NCBI GenBank assembly: GCA_002104905.1
Contig: MCFE01000166.1
Location: forward strand, 82,378-146,377
Reading direction: 5' to 3'
From: Basidiobolus meristosporus CBS 931.73
Taxonomy: Eukaryota > Fungi > Basidiobolomycota
DNA: 64,000 nucleotides
Shown: positions 51,741 to 62,149 of the stretch, one piece after another
Layout of the letters: every line of letters begins with the position of its first letter
How positions within the stretch are numbered: the stretch's first letter is position 1
Position numbers and translations under genes: made by a program
Notes under the pieces: model-generated
The model's input: the letters and a program-made list of their open reading frames with translations, nothing else
Told to the model about the DNA's origin: nothing
Database searches by the model: none

Positions 51741-53753
51741 TCACTGTGCTGGAAAGCACTTGCACATATCCCCGGGGATTCCAACCTCATCACATCGTCG
51801 ATCGGTTCGAACGGGAGTAAACAAAGAGCTGCCGCCCCACCAAACATCGCGGAACTTGCCTTTCTCAGCCCATCCATCGAGAACGTCCTTTGGTATGACC
51901 TCCTCCCCAACGTAGTGGCCGCCGTCCTGCTTCGTGTCCTCTTCCCAGTACATCAAGTGATTGAATGTGGCAAAGAGATCAAAGGGGGTCACCAACTTCT
52001 GACGATTCTCTTGAAGATGATTGGCCGCGGCCGGGTATTTGTTGATCCACCATTTGGGTAGGAGGGTGGTAAGCATGGGTGCAGCGTTTTCAATTTGTCC
52101 ATTCGAGGTGAAAGCGAAGTTCAACCCCATGTGGAGCCCATGATCAGCAACTAGGAAGATGGCGGTGGAGTTGCGCACCTCTGGGGACAGGTTGGTGATG
52201 AAGTCACTGAAAGAACCATCAAGGACCGGCAAGACATCCCCAGTTCCCTCATGTCCATCAATGAATGATCCCAAGAGGAAGAATTTGTCCCCTTTTTGTT
52301 GGGGAACCTTGTGGTGCATCGAGTCTTTGCCGTAGGTGGTAAGGAACTTATCCATCCACTCGAACATGTAGTCATGAACGGCTCGGCCCACGGTGCACCT
52401 CTTCACGATGGAGTAAGGGCCTTTGAAGTTGCCAAATGGATGGCCATACAGTGGATAATAATCGGGCAAGCAGAAGGGCGAAATCATCTCGTGATCAACA
52501 TCTCCGGTTGACAGATGGTTGTAATCTTGCTCCCAATCGACACAGAGGTCATCTGCACGACCGGTCAAATATCCATGTCGATGATAGGCATCCCAGATGG
52601 CGGTGCTTTGGAACACACTGTCATCGGTGATTCCCATATACATGGCGCGAGTGTTTCTGTTGGTGTTGAAGCCGACGGAGTGAGCGCGGAAGAATTCGTA
52701 GAGCACCAGATCATTGGCGTCATCCAACGCCTCAGGAGGGCTCGAGATGGCTTCGAAGGCCTTAGACGTGCGAGGAAGCTTACGATGGAACTGGCGACGT
52801 GATACAGCGTCCATGAAGATCACCATCACATTCAACTTGTTGTCGATCTTTGGGATTTCCGTTTTAGATTGGGCTTTACGAACGTATGTCAGCAGCTTTT
52901 GATCCTCGCCGCATCTGGCAATGAACGCCTCCCCATAGTCGGTGCGGTAGGGATGGCCGCGAGTATAGGTGACATTCACCATCTTGTTCAGCACGCTCCA
53001 GTGGAAAGTTTTTTCGTTCTTCTCATCGGTGTTGAAGCCGCGAGTGTCAGGCAAAATAGAGATGGATGTTTTGAGGGTAGGATCCGGGCAGTCGATGCTC
53101 ACCACCCCGTCTTCATCGATGGATGCTGTAAATCCTCGAGTCTTTGCGGGCTCAGTGCAGTCCATGGAGCCAGTCCAGAAGTTCTGCGTACGATCAGGAA
53201 GCAGATCCACCCATGGGATTGCTTTCCGCCACTCACAAACCCCGCTCAAATCGACCGGTGCGGTTACCTTCGAGCTCAGCACGCCCAACCCGAAGAACCC
53301 GTGACCCCAGATTCTGTTGTAATGGTAGAGCCTCAATGTGACGACCACGGAGAACAGGGCCAAGAAGCCGACGAGTGTCTGAAGGAAGCGTCTTCCACCC
53401 AGGAATCGGAAGCAGCCGAACAGAAACGCGATCAATAGGTTGGCCGGCACCGCAATCACCAGAAAGATCAAGAAATTGTAAGCACCGTGCTCGTCAAAGA
53501 GCTGTCCGGGTGCTATCCAATAATAAATCAAAAAGTTCATGCATAAGAAGCAACTGAGCAAGGCTCTGACCCGAGCCTTGAGCATCGGGATGCCTTGCAA
53601 GATCATCCAGAGCGCGCAGGTAAAGGCGATCACTGAGGCCACCAGAAAACCACCCAATTTGCCCAAGTGTGAGCGCACCCAATCGATGTCCCCGCCCTCG
53701 AGGGAGCCATTGTAGCACACATGGAACATAACAATGAACGCCAGCAAAAACAT
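51741..53753 (-). CDS. Membrane-anchored alkaline-phosphatase/sulfatase-superfamily protein (DUF229-like), 670 aa; may have upstream exons
   Basis: Several N-terminal hydrophobic segments, then VMVIFMDAVSRRQF, VGFNTNRN, HEG and LVADHG metal-site-like motifs. Confidence 0.72.
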   Translation of the reverse strand: MFLLAFIVMFHVCYNGSLEGGDIDWVRSHLGKLGGFLVASVIAFTCALWMILQGIPMLKARVRALLSCFLCMNFLIYYWIAPGQLFDEHGAYNFLIFLVIAVPANLLIAFLFGCFRFLGGRRFLQTLVGFLALFSVVVTLRLYHYNRIWGHGFFGLGVLSSKVTAPVDLSGVCEWRKAIPWVDLLPDRTQNFWTGSMDCTEPAKTRGFTASIDEDGVVSIDCPDPTLKTSISILPDTRGFNTDEKNEKTFHWSVLNKMVNVTYTRGHPYRTDYGEAFIARCGEDQKLLTYVRKAQSKTEIPKIDNKLNVMVIFMDAVSRRQFHRKLPRTSKAFEAISSPPEALDDANDLVLYEFFRAHSVGFNTNRNTRAMYMGITDDSVFQSTAIWDAYHRHGYLTGRADDLCVDWEQDYNHLSTGDVDHEMISPFCLPDYYPLYGHPFGNFKGPYSIVKRCTVGRAVHDYMFEWMDKFLTTYGKDSMHHKVPQQKGDKFFLLGSFIDGHEGTGDVLPVLDGSFSDFITNLSPEVRNSTAIFLVADHGLHMGLNFAFTSNGQIENAAPMLTTLLPKWWINKYPAAANHLQENRQKLVTPFDLFATFNHLMYWEEDTKQDGGHYVGEEVIPKDVLDGWAEKGKFRDVWWGGSSLFTPVRTDRRCDEVGIPGDMCKCFPAQ

Positions 53754-55052
53754 CCAGCGGGCAAATCTGGATTTGAGGTTAATCCTGTTGGCGTAGGAAT
53801 GCTCAGGAGCTCTAAAGGGCCCAGAGTTAGTGATTTGGGAAAATGGGCTACGTAGCGTTGGTTGGATGGTTACCTGTCAGTCGACTTACGACGGGGGCCT
53901 CATCATCCCAATTCGCCTGGTCTAATGGAATATATGGTTGTGCAGTCTCTTCAGAGTGGTAGAGGTGGCGAATCCACCCGCGGATACTTCTTTTCATTAC
54001 TGAAAGCATTCTCCAGTTGATCCAGGTCTATTCTGAACTATATATAAGAGAAACTGAAGAAACAAATGAAAAGATGAGCCAAGAAAAATGAGTGAGAGCG
54101 TCAGGGAAATTTTCCCAGCTATCGGCCTTATAAACCAATAACGTGCCCTTCTAGATTTAGAAAATCTACGTAGCAAGCCCATGTATTGGTGGATATTGTT
54201 GGATTTTCGACTGAGAATTGAGTCGTAGTCTATTTTACTTAGGTCCAATCATCTTCACCATAGCTGGGACACAAACAGTGGAGAAATGGAAATGGTAGTG
54301 AAAACCAATTTCCACCAATGCCGGTGACTTCGGAATTCATCAACAACTATCGATCAACTGGCCCGCCAAGTAATAGAATCAAGAGTCAAGATCAGAAGGT
54401 GGGCCGCGAAATTGGCCAAACTGGCCAAATTGGTAATCGATTTGCCAAAACAAGATCGAGCCCGGACAAATTAGGAAGGAAAGCAATGTGAGGTTACATT
54501 AGTTCGAAACAGAACCTTTTGTTTGTGACAGGGCAGTGCTACTCACCAACGGCTTAAATACATCCTTATTTCCAGAACATCGCCGTGGAGGTCTTCCGTT
54601 TATCGTCAATAAGTGCCGTTATGTCGGCCAGGTCTGGTTTTCCTAATCAACTTACTTAGGAGTTGCCAAGAATTCCGAGGTAGCAGAGTCATCTACCACG
54701 TTAGGCTTTAATGGAACTGATACTGTTTCTCAGTAATTCAGCCAGACATATTACGGATATTATTTATGAGTTACCAGTAGCATCCGCTTGATGTGATAAG
54801 CCCCCATTGGTTCACTTCTCCACCAATATAGCCATCTACAACATGGAATCCAGTAATACGATCGTCTTAGGGAATAGCCAATGAAAGAGCCCGCTAATTT
54901 ATCTCAGGCTTATTCACGAAAGATGATCATGTTTATTACAAATTGTGAGCTAAATACGAAAGATAAGCATATCTCTTCCAAACTGGCTTTGGATTAACAG
55001 CATTCATTTAACCAACGGTATGGCATCTAGATCTTCTGTAAAGAACGGTATC

Positions 55053-56072
55053 TTAAGGAATCCCCGGATGTGCGGTGGGCGACGAGTCGGAATCGGTATC
55101 AAATCCTATTAGGTCGTCCATATCTCGATCTGAGTAGGACAGATTCGAATCCACAACCACTATGTCATTTTTTTTGGTCCTCTGGCGAAGATTGACATTG
55201 CCTGGAGGTCGGGTCTTGGTCTTTTGGCGCTTCTCTAGCTCTTCTGGCGGATCATTGGTTATCTCTTGTATATCGACAGGATTGGTTGAGCTTCCTGGTT
55301 GTGTTTGCTGTGTAAGGTGTTCCATGATCAAGAGTTGTCCCTGTTCAGGTTTCAATTGGTTAGCATGTTCTTGTCATCAAAGACCCGACCAACACGGATT
55401 TTGATACCTTAGTTAACGACTCCACCGCGGCCTTTTGTAAGGCCTCCACACTTTGCTTGCCCATCCTGACTCCCGTTGTCTTGATTTCTGTCTGAACCTT
55501 CTCTAGCATGGAGTCAATCTCAGACTCGTGCCGTATCAGCGTAGGGTGGATGAAGGTTTTATATAGGTAGGTGGAGCCCTGGAAACATACAAAAGGTTAT
55601 TCTTCCTGAACAGGATAGAGGACTCGTGGTTACCAAACGGGTCTACAGTACCTGTGTCTGAGGCAATATGAGCCACAGAATAAACGCCAGTTTGAGTTGG
55701 TAGTAAAATGGTACCCTTGTTGACAAAAGTGGTTCATTTAGTACCAGAAGCACATAACAAGTTTCTCTAGTCCTAGCCCGCACTTTGATCTCCCTTATTT
55801 AAACAAAAATGGGCTCATACCAGAAGATTATGATGTCGGCTACAAACTCTACTGCGGTGAATAATCCCATCACTATCCAAAACATCAACCAGGTAAGAAG
55901 TTCATCCGAGCGTCGCTCGTCAAGGGCTCTGTATGAAGCATAGGCAGGGTATAGCAACCCGCTAACCGTGCTGAAAACCAAGAACCGGGGTAAGGAGAAG
56001 AGTACAGTAAGGCGAGTACGTATGGAGGGATTATTACCATGCTCCCTTGGTCAAAAGGTAGAATAGGCCCAT
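55053..56072 (-). CDS. REEP/HVA22/TB2-DP1 ER-shaping protein; multi-exon
   Basis: MGLFYLLTKGA(C)TVSGLLYPAYASYRAL, WLMFWIV, GSTYLYKTFIHPTLIRHESEID after hand splicing. Confidence 0.82.
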
Positions 56073-56620
56073 CGGTTGAGCCAGCGAGGTTGTGGCGAGG
56101 GCTTAGTATGTCTGCTGTGTGTTTAGGTTACGCGATAGTTTAGCAGTCACTACTTAGCGTGAATTATGGTTGTGGTTAGAAAATAGGCGCTGTGAAGCGA
56201 AGCAAGATTTAAAGGGTTTGTATGATGCGCAAAGAGTAAACAGGTTGCCAGCTGGTTGGGAGGTTAAGAAGTTTATACTGCGAAAGGCGAAAAAACTCGC
56301 TTAAACATAGGCTTTGTTTAGGGACAACATCTGACCTCACGTTCGCATATTACAATGAACTTATTCTCCTTGGTCATTCGTAAGGCAAGTGGAATTCCCA
56401 TCACAAACCAATCATATCCCATCTGGGCTGCAATGTGGGTCCAAGCCAAAGATTTGTTTAATCATGCACTTCAGGTGGTGGTGTGTGGAAAATCAAGACT
56501 TGCTATTCAATTACATAAGGCGCTGCACATGGGTGCATCAATCGTGATGAACAAAGCAAACGGACAAAGGGCTTTAACTCTGGGGATATCTTACAACTAC
56601 TGCTATACTTTGAGCATGGC

Positions 56621-57358
56621 TTATGATTGACTCTGATCATCGGTAATAACTCTTAGCGTGTCCGTCACCTCTTTCAGCAACGTTTCTGGACGAGACAAAG
56701 ATTAGCTTGGTGTTCCCAAGGCCTGGCTTTAGATCCACTTACTGGCTCTAACAAGCTGCTCCTCATATTGCGCACACACCACAGCATTCTCTTGATCTAA
56801 TGTCTCTAGAAGTCGGATCTGTAGTAATTGTTAGTTTGAATCATTGTTGGCACTAATCATGAAGGGAAAATAGATCGTCGCGCACCTGGTCTGCCTCAGT
56901 ATGTTTGATGCCTGGTAGTGCTTCGACTAAAGTATCGATCTGCTTGGCATGCTTACAAATGTCCGCGGCAAGCTCTCGTGTCGACTCTAGGTAGAAACCA
57001 ATTGTTTAAACCTTATAAGGTGTAAAACAAAGCACATTGAAAAGGTTACTTTTGAATACATCCGGGGGATCGGCGCGCTCTGAAATATACCATAGATGTG
57101 TCGAAATCTAGTTTAGCTTAAGCTGAGAGAAACAAGGATCCTGCGGTTGGAAATGCAAGATTCGCGTACCATTTGCTTTTGTCACCGGGAATTCCGGATT
57201 GGATGTCACCATGGCAGATTTCCCCTGTAGGTAATCTACGCTACTGACAAACATGAGCGCTAACTAAACCAAAAAGTAAGAACCAAGGAGAGAAAGCCTC
57301 CGACAGGTCAGCTCCTTACCTGATCTATGCTGTCTTGTAGCTGGGTCAACCTGTCCAT
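56621..57358 (-). CDS. MED21: Mediator subunit 21 (Srb7); multi-exon
   Basis: MDRLTQLQDSIDQ, LAADICKHAKQIDTLVEALPG, LLETLDQEN after hand splicing. Confidence 0.85.
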
Positions 57359-57978
57359 GGTGCTCGTTTCTTCCTGTAACGGGTCCAGCGTTGCGAAACT
57401 TTTATAGTAAGAACTGAAGCTAGGAGGTTCGGTCCTGACCAACGTGTGAAGAAGGATTCCTTACAATGAAGATGAGTGACCAACAATATGGATGGAATCG
57501 GCCCACTTCAAATTATCAATTCCATCTCCAAAATGCCCCCTCAAATCGACTATTGCCCTCAAAATCTTGCCCATATGAATATTCTCAGTTAGTGATTTCT
57601 CGGAATAGTGATCGAAGCAAGGGTGTTTATTTACTATTCTTACTAGAAATCTACGTAGATATTCGCTTTTGGCTGATACACAATGCCAAGTGTGGAAACA
57701 ACCAAAAAGAAAAGCGTTGCAGTTATATTTAAATCCCACCCTAACCCCTACCAATTGCTACTTGCTTCCCAACATTTTCGCGAAGATAGTGTAGATTCTA
57801 TAGGAGTCTTTGCTAATGTATCGTTTTCCACACCTATAATGTACTGCTTTGGCCTACTGAGTTATTTTATGTCGCTATGCCTGGTGGCTTAGATATCTCG
57901 TATCGTTCTAAGCCTCATTTTCCTTAAAAAAGTTCTTGCGAGGGCAGTATTCCTCACTACCTTAACACTGAGCTCAAT

Positions 57979-58495
57979 ATGCCTTCCCACAGACAAAACC
58001 CTGATTTTGACCGTAATTACAAAAACGATTTGACTGACCGAAGCCAGCAAAGCTACCCACGTTCTCGCTTTGGGCGCCAGCACCGACAAGATGAGTATGA
58101 AACAGGTGCTACTCACAGAAATGATCAATTCAAACATCCTCGCTCTCGTTATGGTCACCACCATGAGCATGATGAATATGGCAACGAATATGAAAGAGGT
58201 ATTTTTCACAGAAATGACCAACAGAACTATCTTCGTTCTTGTTATGATCGTCAATATGAGCAAAATGGGTATGACAACGAGTATGAGAGAAGTATTCCCG
58301 GAAGAGACAGCCAGCATAAATACCCCCGCTCTTGTTGCGGTCGTCAATACAAGTAAGATGAATACAAGAGAGCCGTTTCTCGCAGAAATAGCCAACAGAA
58401 CTACCCTCCTTCTGGTTTTGGTAGCCAATACAATCAAGATGATCATATCACTGAATATGAGTGAGTTTTCTTGCAGAAATGGCCAACAGTTCTAA
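57979..58495 (+). pseudogene. Hydrophilic repeat protein (about six 26-31-aa units), interrupted by in-frame stops
   Basis: Units of 78-93 bp (approximate consensus HRNDQQNYPRSRYGRQYEQDEY.NEYERGI); repeats continue in frame past TAA 58354 and TGA 58462. Confidence 0.55.
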
Positions 58496-58499
58496 TGTC

Positions 58500-59587
58500 C
58501 CCAAAACTCTTAAAACATATCTTGCCCAAGGTTTTAGCAAGATATCAGGTACCCAGTACATGTCACATTTTCAAAGTAAGCCAAAAGCCTCCTGACTTTT
58601 CATTTGGGCTCTCATGACATTTCCCAGCTTACTCTATGTACACATACCACACAGGCCATGTAAAAGTATTAATACAATCTTTACATTCAATAAATGTCCA
58701 ATTCAAAGCTATAAAATATACTTGCTCTCATAGTAACCTCTAGAATTGCCAAAGCACTGGCAACTCTAAGGACAGTCAAAAATAGTGATACACTGATTGC
58801 AGCACTTGAACTCATACTCAAACTGTTGAAATTTTGTACTTAAACCAAAATATCCACATAACAAGCCACCTAAATCATAGTCTTCAGATTCTAGACAATT
58901 CTGTCCAAATTCCTTGTCAGGATTTAGTCAGAGTACTATCACCCAAACATCAGGAATCCAGAACATGAAGCTTCTCAAACTTGCCCAAACAGACCCAAAC
59001 TTAACACACAAATTTTTGGAGCCTTTGTAGTTATACTGTACATATATATATTACTAAGATCATGAGAAAATAAATATTGCTATGTAAGAACTATTGATAA
59101 AATTTGTCCTTCTACCTAAATATTGACTCAACTTGTTTACTTAAATCATGATCCAGAAGTTTTTGAGAACTCTGACTAAATTTCTTATTTGGATGTACTT
59201 GGAATATTTTCACCAAAATATCAGGTATCCATAACATGAAATCTGAGTAAGGTGTTAAAACTGCTACAAGAGTTTTGGCAATATGTGAAAGTGATATGGT
59301 GATGGAGAACAAGTAGATTATGTGGTTTTCGCTTGTTGATTTATTGATTGGAAAGGTAGTAGTTACACTTGTGCATGGTCTTGGCCTAGCAAACACATAG
59401 TATAGATTAAGAAAGATTCAAAGAGCATGTGCATCAAGTTTGGGGCTGTTTGGGCAACCTATCTAATTTTCATGTTCTGGGTACCTAGTATTTGTTGTAA
59501 AAATTTGTAATTCCACCCTGATATTCACCTAACTTAGTCACTTAGATCATTACCTTCAAGTCCTAGAGAATACTGACCAAACTCTGA
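58500..59587. repeat. Jumbled copia LTR family C fragments in both orientations
   Basis: Segments match 25762-26111 forward (for example 59494-59580, TGTTGTAAAAATTTGTAATTCC) and reverse (about 59270-59480). Confidence 0.7.
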
Positions 59588-60252
59588 GGGTTAGGGGGAG
59601 ACAGTTGCCAACAGGTGAAATCTTTATTTCAGTAGAAACAAAGAAGCCAGCACTACTGTTGTAGCTTTGATACAACAGTGTGTAGCTGAGGGGAATTTGT
59701 AGGTAAGTTAATAAGAAGTGATGATAGTTCTTCAGTGCTCAAGACACTGTTCAGTGGGAAGGGGGGTAGCAAGAGAGGTAAGAATGACTTGTGAACAACA
59801 TTAATGAGGGGAATGTGATAAGGATTGATATTCATCATAAAGGGAGTGTGCTGCTTCAGATATTGCTGCCAAAGGTCTGTCAAGTACTTCAGGTAGGCCA
59901 GCTTAGGTTTTTCTGACTGCAGAATATATTGAGCAAACTTCTTGACTTCAGGATCTCCAAGCATAGTTCTCCAGTGGGAGCCAGGTGTAGTGTGGTGTGT
60001 TCTCTTCCAGGCCTTGATCAGTGGGTTGTTGCAGTGGTGAAGTCTGAGATATAATCTGGTTCTAAGGTAGAGAAGTCTGATCTTATAGAGCATAAACCCA
60101 AAAGCACCAAGAATAGCATGTCTGTAGGGGCATTCAGGCAGATGAGGCACCAAGGAGGTAATACACCAAACTGCAAACTTGTCAAGCTTAGTGCAGTCTT
60201 TAGAAGTAAGAGAGTGAAGTGGTAAGCCAAATTCCAGGACAGGGAAGACAAA
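59588..60252 (-). mobile_element. Telomere-associated LINE, copy 1 (3' part only)
   Basis: Begins at GGGTTAGGGGG; ORF 59653..60153 matches the C-terminus of 62216..63460; cut at 60252 by a CACTA terminus. Confidence 0.88.
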
Positions 60253-61092
60253 CCCTATGCAAAATTATTGTAATGATCCCGTCAAAAGGCCATCACAAAG
60301 TTAAAGTCTTATGACTAAGAGGTACTGATCCTGTCAGGACACTGCACAGAGACTGTTGAAAAGTAATTGCACCCCAGATCTCACAAAAAACTAGGTCAAA
60401 ATTTTTCATCACGATGATGCATAAGTGGCTTTTGATTGGTTCCCTGCCAATTTGCACTCTTTCTGATCCCAGACACTCTATCACCTCCTACATTTGTGTG
60501 TATTGATTGGCTATTGCCTCTTTTTCACACTCCTTACTTCCTGACTCAACCATTTCTCTTACTTTTCATGCGTACAAATTGATTAATTTCCTTTGAAACT
60601 TCAGTTGTACCTCAATTGCCAATTGTGTTGACCTATACAAGTCCCTATACCCTACACTAACATTAAGCCCAACCCAACACTCAACAAGTAACTCCACTAA
60701 AATCTACAACTCAATATGTATCTCTGCTGTAACACTCTGGTTCCACAACTTTGGTGGGAGCCCAATGACTCTATGCCACTGTTCATTCACTGGTTCCAAG
60801 ATGTCCTAGTGTTCAGCTGGCACTGCCAGGTCTAGCACCTCATCTGCCAGTCTTTGCAATAAATCCTTGCAATATTCAGGTGTGTTTTCTAGAACACTGC
60901 CCTTGAAGAGGTGCTGCAACCTCTTGGTGTGCCTATCAATGTTCCAAAATTCACTGAAGGCATCATGATAGTCTTTCAAGCTCTTGACCATGTAGCCTTG
61001 TCTGTCAGTGGGATCTCCACTCTGTCAACAATGGAGAATGTGGAGGCTGTGGTAGACATATTGCCTTTTTCAGCAAACTCATCTACCTTGCT
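60253..61092. mobile_element. CACTA/CMC terminal fragment, copy e (inverted), truncated at a telomeric junction
   Basis: Starts CCCTATGCAAAATTATTG; reverse complement aligns with 10450-11309. Confidence 0.8.
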
Positions 61093-61621
61093 GGGTTAGG
61101 GGGGAGGAAAGTCACCAAGTGGTGAAATCTTTATTTACTTATGACAAGTATCTAAAGAAGCCAAGTTAATCTGAAGTAATTCCTAGAAAGCTAGGTCTGA
61201 GAGATATCTTCCTGGTAAGCCAGGTCTGAGAGTTGAGAAGCTGAGTGGTACTATATTTCCTAGTTAGCTAGGTCTGAGAGAGGTTTCCTGGAAAGCCAGG
61301 CCTGAGAAGTGAGAATCTGAATATATCTGAGCTAAGTTATCATGGTTTGCAGTAGCTGAATTGTGGCCGGAATGGCCAGTAGACTGGGGGAACTGAGATG
61401 AATTTCTGGGCAATCACTGGCCAAATTTACTAGGCAAATCTGGCCAATTTGCATTTCAAGGATTTCAGCCAATCAGAGCCTTTACTTTGCCCGATGGTTG
61501 ATCAAGCCATCTCCCAATGAGCACACATCAATTTATTAATCAAATTTTGCTGGATCCAGGATTTGAACCCACAACCATGGGTATGGAAGGGTTAGGGATA
61601 ACCACAAGGCTAAGTGTTCTT
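61093..61621 (-). mobile_element. tRNA-promoter SINE, copy 1 (517 bp plus G-rich junction)
   Basis: Minus-strand head has A box TAGCCTTGTGG (61612-61602) and B box GGTTCAAATCC (61569-61559), 32 nt apart; tail shared with the LINE. Confidence 0.82.
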
Positions 61622-62149
61622 GGTTAGGGGGGAGGAAAGTCACCAAGTGGTGAAATCTTTATTTACTTATGACAAGTATCTAAAGAAGCCATGTTAATCT
61701 GAAGTAATTCCTAGAAAGCTAGGTCTGAGAGATATCTTCCTGGTAAGCCAGGTCTGAGAGTTGAGAAGCTGAGTGGTACTATATTTCCTAGTTAGCTAGG
61801 TCTGAGAGAGGTTTCCTGGAAAGCCAGGCCTGAGAAGTGAGAATCTGAATATATCTGAGCTAAGTTATACTGGTTTGCGGTAGCTGAATTGTGGCCAGAA
61901 TAGCCAGTAGACTGGGGGAGCTGAGATGAATATCTGGGCGATCACTGGCCAAATTTACTAGGCAAATCTGGCCAATTAGCATTTCAAGGATTTCAGCCAA
62001 TCAGAGCCTTTACTTTGCCCAATGGTTGATCAAGCCATCTCCCAATGAGCACACATCAATTTATTAATCAAATTTTGTTGGATCCAGGATTTGAACCCAC
62101 AACCATGGGTATGGAAGGGTTAGGGATAACCACAAGGCTAAGTGTTCTT
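61622..62149 (-). mobile_element. tRNA-promoter SINE, copy 2 (full length, tandem)
   Basis: Colinear with copy 1, same 517-bp length. Confidence 0.82.

Noticed and set aside
52869-53557. Plus-strand ORFs up to 189 aa
   Set aside because: Antisense shadows of the 670-aa minus-strand gene.
57889-58446. 185-aa hydrophobic minus-strand ORF resembling a membrane protein
   Set aside because: Antisense reading of the hydrophilic plus-strand repeats; the stop pattern on plus better fits the decayed coding strand, though this is not proven.
61182-61310. CRISPR-like or hammerhead array from repeated hairpins
   Set aside because: Eukaryotic context, no unique spacers or cas genes, and CTGAGAG does not fit the CUGANGA core.
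61550-61621. Possible tRNA gene
   Set aside because: A and B boxes are present, but the acceptor, D and anticodon stems do not pair; treated as a SINE head.
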